Assembly: GCF_001194135.2 (NCBI RefSeq)
Contig: NC_068992.1
Location: 52,913,009 to 52,977,008 of the forward strand
Direction of reading: 5' to 3'
DNA length: 64,000 nt
Source of the DNA: Octopus bimaculoides
Taxonomy: Eukaryota
The notes below the pieces were generated by a model. The model had not been told where the DNA came from and did no database searches. It saw only the letters and a list, made by a program, of their open reading frames with translations. The position numbers and the translations under genes were made by a program. Shown here piece by piece: positions 13,171 to 26,780 of this stretch (position 1 is the first letter of the stretch; each line of letters begins with the position of its first letter).

Positions 13171-16100
13171 TTTAATCAAAAGATTAAATGTGGTACTTAA
13201 AATGTTTGAGACACCAGAATTTAGTAGGGTAAAAACCAAAAACAAAATCAAGAGATTTGGTGAATAAAATTTGAAGAAAACCAACAAAAATTCAATAGGC
13301 TATAGCAGTACGTACGTTTCGTACAAGACTTAATTTATTCATGTAGTGAGAACACTACATAAAATGTTCAATGAAAATGTACTCCTTAGCTGCATAATGG
13401 AATTTCATTTTAGGAAGTCATTTTGTAGATGTGNNNNNNNNNNNNNNNNNNNNNNNNNNNNNNNNNNNNNNNNNNNNNNNNNNNNNNNNNNNNNNNNNNN
13501 NNNNNNNNNNNNNNNNNNNNNNNNNNNNNNNNNNNNNNNNNNNNNNNNNNNNNNNNNNNNNNNNNNNNNNNNNNNNNNNNNNNNNNNNNNNNNNNNNNNN
13601 NNNNNNNNNNNNNNNNNNNNNNNNNNNNNNNNNNNNNNNNNNNNNNNNNNNNNNNNNNNNNNNNNNNNNNNNNNNNNNNNNNNNNNNNNNNNNNNNNNNN
13701 NNNNNNNNNNNNNNNNNNNNNNNNNNNNNNNNNNNNNNNNNNNNNNNNGTATATATATATATATATATAAATACACTTATACACACACGCATATATAATA
13801 TATATGCAAGTCTACACACACTCGCACACACACATATCTTTATACTCATGCATAATGCCATAGTAAATACCTATATCTCAAAATAAATATATATTCTTAA
13901 TTTTTGTTGCTTTTCCAAACTGAGAATGGAGTGAAGGTATTAGATTTAAAATGACGTGCAAAATCTGTTTTGTGGGTCATATTCTTTAATACTCTCTTTT
14001 GCAATCGAATTTAACGACAAGGTTCCTTTTACATTTGCAGCACATATGAATGAATTTCAATTAATTATTGTCGTAAAGTCTGTTTAAACAGATGTTACAA
14101 CACCTAATATATGTTGTATTATCCCTATGTAAGCAATCAATAAAAACAAAAAAAAACTGGTTTATACTTACTACAATGAAAACCACGTTATAATATATTT
14201 AATTACTGCCTTGTGTTTTGGACATAAACGCTCAGACACATACAGCAATGATTATATGAATCATAAAACAGTATCAGATGGAATAGAGATACTATCAAAA
14301 TACCAGTGGGAATTGTAAGATAGATATATCTTCGGATGGTTCTCCCCCCCCTTTCTCTCTCTCTCCTCCCTCTTTCTCTCGCTATTTATATATATATANN
14401 NNNNNNNNNNNNNNNNNNNNNNNNNNNNNNNNNNNNNNNNNNNNNNNNNNNNNNNNNNNNNNNNNNNNNNNNNNNNNNNNNNNNNNNNNNNNNNNNNNNN
14501 NNNNNNNNNNNNNNNNNNNNNNNNNNNNNNNNNNNNNNNNNNNNNNNNNNNNNNNNNNNNNNNNNNNNNNNNNNNNNNNNNNNNNNNNNNNNNNNNNNNN
14601 NNNNNNNNNNNNNNNNNNNNNNNNNNNNNNNNNNNNNNNNNNNNNNNNNNNNNNNNNNNNNNNNNNNNNNNNNNNNNNNNNNNNNNNNNNNNNNNNNNNN
14701 NNNNNNNNNNNNNNNNNNNNNNNNNNNNNNNNNNNNNNNNNNNNNNNNNNNNNNNNNNNNNNNNNNNNNNNNNNNNNNNNNNNNNNNNNNNNNNNNNNNN
14801 NNNNNNNNNNNTATATATATATGTCTCCGCTTACAAAATTGCCCTTAAAACGGTATAGTCACATCAAGACTATAGTAGATGGCACATGCCAATGCGTCCG
14901 CTCAGTACTATCAAACACAAACCAGTTAGTATCGTATTTAATATCTTAGCCTCTCACTAATATTGCATAAATATGTGTAGATATATGGGGACGTGTTTGT
15001 AAGTGCGGGTGTCTGTATTTATGTGCGTGTGTGTGCATAGACACTCCTATATTCCTACATGCATGCATGTATAACCACGCATTTTCCAACTCATATACAT
15101 AGTGCACATTTATACAATTCCATCTATTTCATTAGGAGCAACAGTTAAATAAGTAACGACGCTGAGGAAAAAAAACGTACATGAATGACATAAAATCAAC
15201 TTATTAATAAAATTACGAGAGTTTTCTTGGAGAGACTAAATATATCAGGGAACATCAAAGCTAGAACACTTATACAGTGTATAGGTAAATGTATTTTATT
15301 TGATATGGCTTATTAGATTTCTTAGGTTAAACTCCAGTAAGTGGTTCGTTGTATGCTTTTATACTTGTATATTGAAGAATAATATAGAACTTTAGAGCTG
15401 CTATATGAGATTAATTTTGCATGATCGCATAAGATAACAGAAGATCAATGTTTAAAAAATAACGGAAAAGAAAATTAATTTCTAGTGATTTGTTATCACC
15501 CAAGTGAATGAATGCCCCCTTCAATAAAGTAAATATCTCAAGGAATTATGCGTAGACACTTTCGTAACTTGATGAAACCTTTAAAACTAATTTAATCACT
15601 ATATAGGCTGGTACCAATTTGTTTGAATAATTTAATACGATATATCAAATTACTAAATATAGATATAGTACTTCTTTACCACTGAGTCTTTTTCACTAAA
15701 AACTCTAGAAAGACGTTAAATTTTTTAGAGTTATTTTTGTACTATTTTATACATATTCTTTCTACATATAGTTGAAGCGCCTTAATTTCAGGGGAAAAAT
15801 TGAACTTGTTCTTGATATCCTTATCTCATTGATATAGTGATAAACATAATGACTATAATGATTTAAGGTATTAGTTTACTGAATAACAACTCCCACTAAA
15901 TTACATGTGTAGCATGAGGATGGTTCTTTTAGATCAATCTTCATCGCTCAGTTTTTGCATTATCAGTGATACGCCCCATTTTTGTTGATAAGGAAAATTT
16001 CATAAAGTTTAGATTTGCAAATAATGCTGTTATCCTTTGGCCGGATACTGGTTCTCGGCAAATGGAATGTAGCTAACCTATGGAGGAGTATGATGCATAT

Positions 16101-16195
16101 TTACAAAAATTCCTGGATAATTTTAGATTTACATTTCTTTCATCTCATTGTGGAGATCCTCCTAGCTTTGGTTACTACCATACAACTACGCTAAC

Positions 16196-16243
16196 CTTAC
16201 GACCGCTTAACTTACGACCGCTTACCCTACGACCACTTAACTT
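16196..16243. repeat. 15-bp tandem repeat x3 (cttacgaccgcttaa)
   Basis: Units at 16196, 16211 and 16226. Confidence 0.9.
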
Positions 16244-18088
16244 GTTTTCGAAAACAGGTTTAAAAAAGACTCGATATTCAGACGATGTAATGCGAACTAC
16301 ACATAAATCGAAACACTTATTTTATACCAGTGATAATGCATGCGTAGATATATGCCAAATTGTCTGTATTTAAGCTGGAAATTCATAGAATATGCGCAAG
16401 GCAGTGACATACGAAACAAGTCGAATACTAAGGCAAAATTGTTAAATCGCAGAGTATCATGCATACATTTTTATAAGATTAAATCTCTTTAGAAAACTAT
16501 TCTACCTTGAAAATTATTGAATTATTGATCACCGAATTAAGAATAGGTTAATTATTTTTACACCTAATTCTCTTAATTATTTTTTGGACAGCACATTGCT
16601 CACCGTAGAATCAAATTTATTGTGTACATACAGTAGTTACGAGTAGAAACAAATAGCTGGATTGAACAATAAATATGCTGCATCTCACGAACAAACTGTT
16701 GTTAGAAAGATTAATTATTTTCAATGTGTCACTTCATATTGTAAGCTACCAATCAGGGCCCAGGATCATCATAAGACACACCTTGAAAACAAAAGCGAGT
16801 TAATCATTATTGTACAAGAAGTTGCATTTTAAGTTGAGCTATATATTTGTTCTATTTGTGCATGTATTCGACACCCATTTAAAAAGAATATACTAAATTT
16901 TACGTGTTAATTGTTCATATATAGCTTAAAACGACTAGATTTTTTTCTTTATATATTACAAATTCATAGCTTCAAATATTCAATAGTTTACTAGTATTCC
17001 CATGGCGTATAAAGTTTAGATAATCTGCCTCGTTGAAACACTGAATTTGCTCTTTTGCCTGGCTACAAGCCACGACAAAGTCGCCAGTCTATGGTCTATG
17101 CTGCGAAAGAAGGCTATACGAACTTTTCTTAACTATTTCTTCTTATCGCAAAATAAAATAAGATAAATAATATAATAATGTAATAAATATGTCAAATCTG
17201 GATGATTTTTATTACTCTTAATTAATGTGTTATATTTTAAATATTCTTCGTCTAATATCCAATTCTTTCAATCAGGAGAGCAACTTAAACTTTAAAAAGA
17301 CATTGAAGAAATAAAGCCAGCTACATCAACCCCTGTAGTTACAGATTTTGATTACTTCAATTAACCTGATTCTTCTACGATAACTTCTAAGTTTTATTTT
17401 TTCTCTCTCCCTTTGTCACTCTCATCATTTTTATTCATCTCTGTTCTCCATCAGTTTGATACATCACCAATTTTAAGTCTTAAAAATAAGAAAAACAAGA
17501 AGCTGTCTTGAAAATTCTTCAAGTGGAAATGAAAATATCTCCACAGAATAAATTTATTCGTCAATAATTTGCTAGAAAAGATATAAAAGAAATCTTTATC
17601 ATGTATAATTTAAATAAACCTGAAGGGAAAAAATATTACATTGCACTGGTTTTTCGTTTATTTGTCATTTATGAAAGTATTATTACACTTACTATAGCTG
17701 TGTGTGTGTGCTTTAAATATGTATGTACGTATGTATATATATATATATATNNNNNNNNNNNNNNNNNNNNNNNNNNNNNNNNNNNNNNNNNNNNNNNNNN
17801 NNNNNNNNNNNNNNNNNNNNNNNNNNNNNNNNNNNNNNNNNNNNNNNNNNNNNNNNNNNNNNNNNNNNNNNNNNNNNNNNNNNNNNNNNNNNNNNNNNNN
17901 NNNNNNNNNNNNNNNNNNNNNNNNNNNNNNNNNNNNNNNNNNNNNNNNNNNNNNNNNNNNNNNNNNNNNNNNNNNNNNNNNNNNNNNNNNNNNNNNNNNN
18001 NNNNNNNNNNNNNNNNNNNNNNNNNNNNNNNNNNNNNNNNNNNNNNNNNNNNNNNNNNNNNNNNNNNNNNNNNNNNNNNNNNNNNNNN

Positions 18089-18183
<95 letters not shown>

Positions 18184-18454
18184 ACTATACATCGTAAGCA
18201 AGCAATTAAGCATATACAGTCGTTGATGGAGAAATTAGCAATTTAATTGGCAATGACACCAAAGAGAGACTGATGAAACAAGTCCGCAGAACACTGAAAT
18301 GCGTGTGTGTAAGTGGGGTGCGTGCATGTGTGCGTGCGAGTGTGTGTGTGTGTCCGTATGTGTATGTGTGTTTATGCACCCATATATATATTTATATAAA
18401 TATATAAATATATGTACATATATATGTCGGTGTGGATGCATGTATATATGTAAT

Positions 18455-18805
18455 AGGCGATTACCAACCGCATGGTTCTGGGTTCAGTCCCACCGTGCGG
18501 CACCATGGGCAAGTGTCTTCTACTATAACCTAGGGCCGTGCAAACCTTGTGAGTGGATTTGGCAGACGGAAAGTAAAAGAAGCCTGTCGTGTATATATGT
18601 GTGTGTGTGTACATGTGCGTGTGTGTGCGTGTGTGTATGCTTGTCTGTATATGTTTGTATGTCTCCGTAACTTATCGCTCAGCGAAAGAGACCGATAAAA
18701 TAAGTACTACGCTTACACAGAATAAGTCCTGGGGTTGATTTGTTCGACTAAAAGGCGGTGCTCCAGCATGGCTGCAGTCAAATATATGCAAAAGTAAAAG
18801 AAAAT
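18455..18805 (+). mobile_element. SINE family A copy (5' slightly truncated, internal microsatellite)
   Basis: ttaccaaccgcatggttctgggttcagtcccac...gggcaagtgtcttctactata...gtgagtggatttggcagacggaaa; tail aataagtcctggggttgatttgttcgactaaaaggcggtgctccagcatggctgcagtc. Confidence 0.9.
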
Positions 18806-19035
18806 ATATATACAGAATGCAATGGGTAAATTGTTCCCATTTTGTATCTTCAAATTTGCGTATGCGCATTGTTTGTTTTTAATTTGGCTGACTACACAAT
18901 ATAGTAGGATCCATTGGGCACTGTCTGTGATAAAACACTACCATGACGCAATTCATTCTGCCATAAATTTGGAAACGACATGCGGTACTGGTGTATAATC
19001 GCGTGGGAATATTCAATAAAAACATGTACAAATAT

Positions 19036-19132
19036 CAAGCTTACAAAGAATAAGTCATGGGGTCAATTTCTTCGACTAAAAGCCGATGCAGCAGCACGGC
19101 GGCAATCATATGACTGAAACAAGTAAACGAAT
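19036..19132 (+). mobile_element. SINE family A 3' tail fragment
   Basis: gcttacaaagaataagtcatggggtcaatttcttcgactaaaa...caatcatatgactgaaacaagtaaa. Confidence 0.75.
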
Positions 19133-20072
19133 ATATATATTCTTGTACATATATATATGCGTATGTGTGTCTGTCTGTGCATACATTTTTGCAGTAATGC
19201 ACACGGTTTTATTCTGGTAATTATGAAATAATGAATTGCGCATTATAATAACTACTACACGATTTGTCATTTTTTGCTTCGTGATTTCTGTAAATTATAT
19301 TTATTAGAGGCAAGACACATTATATATCACACATGTATTTAATAATCTCCGCAACGGAATAAATGCTACTCAATCCTATTCACAATATGATATTTGATAT
19401 CAACATTTTTGTCATGGACAAATTAAGTAATTATCGTCGTACTAATTTAAAATTGTATGGATGGGAGCAGCATAAAAGCTTGCCCTATGAAGAGTAACTC
19501 AACTTTGTATTAACCCTGTATTATCAATCTTAATATGTTAATTATACTTTTGAAATATTTATCAAGTAACACTTTCATATGAATACATTATGCTAAATAT
19601 ATGAGCAGTTTTGAGTGCTTATATTTCTGAATTGTTTGTTGTTAAATTCAGGTGACGGAGACCCTGCTCTAATTGAAATAACTTTTATAAATCTTAAATA
19701 TTCAGATATTTCCACTTCCTCTAATTTTGGAGAATCATTCTGACTAAATAGAAATGTCCTGTCGGCTTCTTTAGTGATTGATTGATTCTTCAAAATTATT
19801 CCCTACACATTTATAGATTTGTTAATTATGTCAACGTCAATTTGGTGCTTGTGAACATTATGCAAATTCAGATAGCTAATAGGGCACAACCTAACATGAT
19901 TTGGTATGCAACGAATACCGTGTTTCTTTCTTACACATTGGCAGCACCCCGTAATGGAACCTATTCAGGATAGTTGCCGATCTACCGGCAGTTTACAACT
20001 TAATAGAAATGTATCACTTTGTTATAGTGTTTTACTATCTTTATATGCATATCATCAATATTCTAATATTAT

Positions 20073-20158
20073 GTACCAGATGCGCACTGGGATTAATCTC
20101 TTCGACTGGCCCACTACCCAAAAAGTTCCGGCCTTGTGCCTAAAGTAGAAAAGAATAT
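20073..20158 (+). mobile_element. SINE family B 3' fragment
   Basis: cactgggattaatctcttcgactggccc...aaaagttccggccttgtgcctaaagtagaaaagaat is the reverse complement of the 54793-54870 end. Confidence 0.75.
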
Positions 20159-21755
20159 CGTAATGTTATGAGCGTTGCCTTTCTTTTGAAGACTATAATG
20201 AGAAAGTAAAATCATATTAAAGCAAATCTAATAATCTATTTGTTTATGTGCTTGTGTATGTATATACATGAGTACGATATATACTCCCACAAACTCACAC
20301 CGTCACAGATACACAGACTAATATATATTTTCCAAAACAACAACATTGCTTTCATTTTAATTTTCGGTAAATGTAATTCAAAAGTTTACTATCTACTAGT
20401 CTTAGGATAACCTCAAAAATAAAATAATATGACATAAAACATAAAAGTAAATACTTTACAACTGTGAAGAGAGTTAGTATATTGGTTCTAAACGATAAAC
20501 ATTTTAAAACGTACAGAAGCTTCCTTTCTTTGTTATGCTTGTTATTGACAAAAACAAATAACAAAAAAAAAAAACAGAAACGGAAACTTGTTTAGGTTAT
20601 CAAGGAGGTCACCTATCATAAACTCCATAAATAATAAATGAACGCTTTCACAACGTACAGCTTCTCCTGAAATATCTCTTATTGGGAGGAAACATAAATT
20701 AAAGGTCATGAACCAGGACAAAATTTACGGGAAAGAAAGAGTTTTCAGTTATTAGATTATTTTCATATATCAAGTGTAAAAATTTTTCTCGAAATGTTTA
20801 TAAAGCTTATTTATAAATAGAAAATCTATTTAAAAAAAAAGTTACTATCTTCCTTTTCATTTCATGACACCTGAAAATATAAATATACGGTGATATCATT
20901 GTTATCTTTTATTGCTATTCCAAGGTAGATATTACTATACAATATTGATTCTATTGCAAAATTGAGAAAACAAAGTAATGTTCAAGAAATTTTATTACAG
21001 CTTTATTGCCACCTTTTTTTTTCTGCAATTACTCTTCTCTTTGATATTTGTAGCCCCCACATACATGTACACGAATATATATATATATTCATGTTTGTAT
21101 ATCTATAATTTTTAAAGTTATTTTAGTTTTCAATCACAGTTTTTGTAAGTAAATTTAATTTGCGATAACATATATAAAGCGTGTGTGAAAACCTCAATCT
21201 TCCATCTGCCACTGATAACACCCGTAGCAAGCAGGGCTGTCAGACACAAAAATAACATCAAGAGACAGGAATATTTATTTCTTAAGACAGTATTGGTCAG
21301 CCCTTTTGAACTTCACTTCTTACTCTCTATCGGTATCTATATGTGTTTATGTTGTATACACACACACACACCCACGGACACACACAAACACGCATATATA
21401 TTTATATATATATATATATATATACCGCATTCTGTGCGTAGGTGTTTATGCTTGTTCAAATGTATATGTATGTCCGTTATCGCGAATGTATAGTTGTAAC
21501 GTTAGGTGAAAGGAAAAATATATAATAACTGATAAAATCTATAAACTTTGGAATTACAAGGGGAGTGGGCAGCGTGGGGTGAACAAATAAATTATTATTG
21601 CAAAGATTAAAGAGGCTCCTGTCTTTTACATGTGTATGTAAGCATAAGTATGTCTATGTTCGGATAAATAAATATATATACTTATCTGCGTATGTAATAC
21701 ACATTACATACATTGTACAGATATTTCACATAATATTTACAAATATACAACACTA

Positions 21756-21819
<64 letters not shown>

Positions 21820-21858
21820 CTATGTATGTATATACATATATGTATTTTTATAGATCGT

Positions 21859-22140
21859 GTGAAGGCGTATGTCTCTGTGGGTGGAGTGTCGGGCTCAGAA
21901 TCGTAAGGTAGTGTGTTCGCTTTCCTGACCGGGCTGTGCTGTGTGTTCTTCAGCAAGACACTTTATTTCACGTTGTTCCAATTCACCTAACCGTAGAAAC
22001 AATTTGTGACGTCATCGTATCCAAGCTATATTGGCGTTTGCCTTTTCCTCAGATACCTTCTGTGGCAGGCAGGAAGGAGGCTGGTATGCATGGGCGTATG
22101 TCCGCATTTTCGCCTAGGTGGGGAACTTTAAATGTGCAAT
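21859..22140 (+). mobile_element. SINE family C-like copy with a different 3' part
   Basis: tRNA-like head gtgaaggcgt...gtcgggctcagaatcgtaagg...gttcgctttcctgaccggg, then gtgttcttcagcaagacactttatttcacgttgttcca shared with 8831 and 45427. Confidence 0.6.
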
Positions 22141-22211
22141 TCTGTGCTTATTCAATTCGGAAGGGAGTCTTTACCCTTTATATATACATACATACATACA
22201 TACATACAAAC

Positions 22212-22327
<116 letters not shown>

Positions 22328-23167
22328 ATATATATATACATTCGTAGTTTCGTACCTTTTCGTTTTGGGATTGTAGTAAAAATATTTGGTACGTCTTCAA
22401 TATATAGTGTTCTTTATACAAATTCAAATCTATAAAGGACTCATATATGTATGTCTTGTCTTATGAGGTTATCATTAAATGTTGGCTCGTAGTTATATTC
22501 AGATATAAACTGCTACGGTTCTAAAGAAGGGTTTTACTGGATTAAGTGGATGATTGGGGTTGCAGAACAGACCTTCGTGAACTGTAAAAATAACTCTGAC
22601 ATCATCGACAAAATGGTATGATCCTATAAACAATTCTTTACTTCCTTTTAATACTCACCGTACTATATGAATGACTGAAACACACATCTACAAGAAATAT
22701 TTAGTATATAAAGTAACGCTTATAGGAAATTTGAAAGTTGAGTATTGTTTAGCTACAGGACAATTATACTTGAAGAAACGTGGTCCACATTTTAGATCCA
22801 TATCGTAATTCTTTTTTATTGATGTTTCTGTGTATCCCAGATTTCATTAAATACTACACCTTTTGATAAGACATTCCGGTGCGGTATGAAGAGGAGATTC
22901 GGCTGGTATTAAAAGACCAAGCAATCATGGTTACGACTGTTGCTGTTAACAGCAATCTTGTTGACGTTACTCACATTTCATTATTCCTTCCGTTTTATAT
23001 TTTGAAAATACTTTCTTCTGAACTTTCCTAAATATATATAGTCCTTCTTCTAGAGATAAAATACCTGCTTTGTCTAAAAAGTTCCGTGATCATGGAGATT
23101 TAGCCTTGCAGCTCATGTTTAGAGGCCTCTTTACATTCGTATACACACACTAACCAACGCTTGCATA

Positions 23168-23536
23168 CCTAGGTCTGATCAATAAGTATCCGGACTGTTG
23201 CCATAGTAACGAAGCTAAAGCGCGCAAAGTGAAGCCGCTTAGCAAAGGTTGTCCTTGACCTTTGCTGTGCATCCAAACTAAGTTTTAACGGTCTAGCTCA
23301 CCTCTGCTGTCACAGCAGTGCTTGGAAGGAACGTGCGTAGCGTGTGACGTCGCATTGACCATGGCACAGAAAGTTGTCATCGCGATACCTGCTCAGAGTC
23401 CTACGCAAAGTGTTTGGAGAGGAGTGTATGAACCACACACAAGTGTACGAGTGGTTCAAACGTTTCTAAGATGGCCGAAAAATGTCGATATTGACGAACA
23501 TTCCAGGAGACCTGCTACCAGCAGAAATGAGAATAG
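23168..23536 (+). mobile_element. Mariner 5' fragment (TIR plus N-terminal HTH transposase remnant), distinct subfamily from 10497
   Basis: TA at 23166-23167, TIR-like ggtctgatcaataagtatccggactg; decayed DTCSESYAK..VFGEECMNHTQVYEWFKRF*DGRK-VD.DEHSRRPATSRNE. Confidence 0.8.
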
Positions 23537-24780
23537 GTGAGTATATTGACATGTTCGTGACCAAGCGTTTTCACACAAATTGCGTAACAGGAAGACCGGA
23601 TTACATACATTCGTGATGATACAAAATTGAACCAACTCTGTAGATCAGGACCAATTATATTCGGAGTTGAAAAGGCAATACGCCGATGGGCCAGAGATAG
23701 GATTGTGCCAATGAGCGATTCTATGTCGATTTCCGACTCCTGTCTAGTATAGTTACCATGATTATTGCTGCGCAGATAAACATTTACATTTTTTGTAACG
23801 GTTAGAACTCTGTACTCCAGATGTTGACAAGACTAATCTGACCTCAAGGATTTAGTGCAGATTTGCCTGAAAATGTCTAGGATGCGCTGAGATATTTCAA
23901 GCGTATGTGTTCCCCCTCTGTATTATAGCCAACATGAATAAACATCCATTTTTATTCTCTTTCAGATATATAACTTTGATTTAGAATTGTACCTCATAAA
24001 AATAAAATATACTGAGTTGAAGCCATATATATACACACCTGTAACAATATTGCTACCTTTCATTTCTGCATAGTTGAAAAACAAATCAGCATTCTCGGCC
24101 ATTATTTCCATCAACATTATTTTCTTCTGTTGACAGAACCAGCTTTATTTTGATAACAACTAAAAGCAAGATGACAGTAAATACACACATGCAAACATTA
24201 AAGAAATTGAATGTTTGTTCTCACTTTCAGGAAAACAAAACAAAAACGTATTACATTTTATCTTTAATAGCTTTTCAATATTTTGATGTGACTGAAAATT
24301 ATTGATTTTCCTGAGGTTGAAGAATGTACGTAGACCTGCATGTATGCGTGCGCCGTATGTATTTACTCCCTCGCATGTACACGCGCGCACACAAACATAT
24401 ATATCAAGGCACAAAGTAACAAGTCCATTAGATCTCATGTTATAGTTTTCATTTGACAGATGTTCCCACAGGTGAATTAGAACATGAAACAATATTGTTC
24501 CTCAGTTGATCATACAGGCAGTTGCGCCTTAATATTATATTTTGACTGATAATAAAAATGAACGCTTTCGACACTTTGTGAATTTTAAGATATTCCATTT
24601 AATAAAAAAAACTATGTATCTGATTAGAAATATTGGTTTTAGGAGATGAGATCGATGGAATCAATTTGTACTTACTTTACGGAGATATTTAAATGGAAAG
24701 GATATTCGAATTCGATATCATTAAAAGAATGAGCACTGTTCCTTCGTAAATGATGTCTCAGGGTGGTCGGATTTATTCTT

Positions 24781-25122
24781 TGTAAGCCTAGCACTTATTC
24801 TATCCTTTTCGTTTGCTGAAACGCTAATTTACGAGAACGCAAATACACCAACATCGGTTGTCAAGCGATTGTGAGGAGAAAACCTCAGACACAAACATAT
24901 ATATATATATATATATATATGTGGTTCAAATTTACAGAAAAAAAAGCAAAAGACGAAGACAGGTGTATAAACAACAAGCAGGTGTATTAGGTTGGTGCTC
25001 GGGAAGTTGAGAAAGTCTTTTACGTTTCGACCTTACGCTCTCTAACAGAACGGTACAAGAGAAAATAAACAGAGAGAGAAAAAAAAACTTTGGGAGTTAG
25101 CGGTCAATCATGGCGACTGATA

Positions 25123-25155
<33 letters not shown>

Positions 25156-25312
25156 ACGACATGCTTTCGTCAGTTTCCGTCTAGCAATTCCACTCACAAG
25201 GCTTTGGTCGGCCTGAGACTATATTCGAGGACAGTTTCCCAATGTGCATCTGGTGGGACTGAATTCGGTACCATGTGGATGGGAAGCAAGCTTCTTACCA
25301 CACAGCCAGCTC
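24781..25312 (-). mobile_element. SINE family A copy split by an insertion in its internal microsatellite (body 24781-24896, head 25152-25312)
   Basis: Both parts are reverse complements of 26781-27443, in the correct order, and are separated by (TA)n, an unrelated ~170-bp segment and (TATG)n. Confidence 0.75.
24921..25090 (-). mobile_element. Unclassified insertion with a degenerate hammerhead-like motif; possibly a PLE pseudo-LTR remnant
   Basis: Minus strand CTGTTAGA-GAGC-gtaa-GGTC-GAAA-CGTA at 25048-25021; sits next to (TA)n. Confidence 0.4.
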
Positions 25313-25677
25313 TACTGTTATATTACAAGTACAAATGTTAGCAAATTATAAAAAGTGGGGAAATAACCAAAACTGTACGACGTGACCGAGTGTCATATTT
25401 GATTATGAAAATGATAGTTTTATATTACAAAGTGAAATGATACAGGAATCAATGAGTTACTATTAGTGGACTACAAATTGAAATGGAATGGACAACAGGG
25501 ACACACATTGGCACAGGGAGGTATCTCTTCTCAGTATTTATTACTGCAAGTATGATAACCCCTGCCCCACAGCGCTGAAGTATTTGTTTATGCTTTGAAA
25601 TTTCCGTGGTTCGTCATATATATTTATCTATGTGTGTGCATGTATGTGTGTGCGCACATGCGTGCAGAATAGCCATG

Positions 25678-26070
25678 AATGCAAGAAATACTCCAAAAAC
25701 ACACAATGATAAAAAGCAGCAGACAATCCAAATTAATGAAATGTATACTAAAACAAGCCAAACTCCACAATTGGATGAAGCCGTAAGTTTCAATCTGACA
25801 GAGTAATAGTTTAAACAGACATAACTCTGTACAGTAAAACAATAAATTCACGTAAGCGTCTGAAAACGTAATCTCTGTAATAACCTGCTCAGGATGTGGA
25901 GGAAATAACATTGGACAAACAAAAGAAGCTTTACGTGAACGAATGACAATGCGTCGCAAAATATCGAAACATGGAGGCATATGACTCAATGAACATCCGA
26001 ACTTTATGATTTCTTCTTCTAGAGTGAGTAATAATAAAGGCCAATGACAACGCATTTATAAAGTAACGTT
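25678..26070 (+). mobile_element. Penelope-like element fragment: linker plus GIY-YIG endonuclease, pseudogenised
   Basis: MQEILQKHTMIKSSRQSKLMKCILKQAK, then at 25859-25970 SENVISVITCSGCGGNNIGQTKEALRERMT, matching the PLE GIY-YIG pattern NxIYxxxCxxCxxxYIGxTxxxLxxR with both tyrosines mutated. Confidence 0.8.
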
Positions 26071-26459
26071 ATTCATTGTAAAATAGCAAATAAGTCTTAG
26101 CTGGGAGATAAAAACAACCACCACCAAAAGAATTGCAACGCATACTGGGTCCACCACTACTGCTATTGCTAGGTTGCAGATGTAAAACTGCTATAAAACA
26201 ACAGCGCTACTACTAGCTAGATTACATTGTGAGTTAAACTATAGGGAAGCATTACTGTTACAGCTACAACCACCACCAATAATACTGCAGCAAGTACTAG
26301 TTTACCATCTGTCTCCTTGAATGTTTATTATTAATTCATTTCTGTCAAGTAGCAACACACGGAAGGACACGAATTTCAGCATCATGTGAATTTCACAAAT
26401 TATTTAAACTTTCAGAATTGATATTATAAAAGTTGAATCTAATTTTTTTTTTCAGTTTC

Positions 26460-26490
<31 letters not shown>

Positions 26491-26780
26491 GTTTTCCTTT
26501 CCGTTTTACTCCAGCTTAAGGAGGTTGTCTCGAAGGACCGAAACGCGAATAAACCTTCTTATTTTCCCATGATCAATTACTCTAAGCATTTTCATCTTCG
26601 TATTTCTCATATATATATATATATATGCGTGTGTGTATGTGTGTGTGTGTGTTCGTGTGTCTGTATGGGTGTGTGCGTTTGTGTGTGTGCATACATATTT
26701 GTATGTGTATATATATATATATATATACATGTATGTATGTATATATATATATACATATATAATATTTATAATATGTATAT

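Noticed and set aside
16196-16243. CRISPR-like array (also 31328-31376)
   Set aside because: Units are contiguous with no spacers, and the context is eukaryotic with no cas genes.
18908-19265. Possible inverted repeat (cgcaattcatt at about 18948 vs aatgaattgcg at about 19233) as a MITE
   Set aside because: Match is only ~11-20 bp with no defined ends or target-site duplication.
22659-22674. 16-nt minus-strand microexon candidate (tttcag|...|gtgagt)
   Set aside because: Too short to distinguish from chance splice-site pairs.
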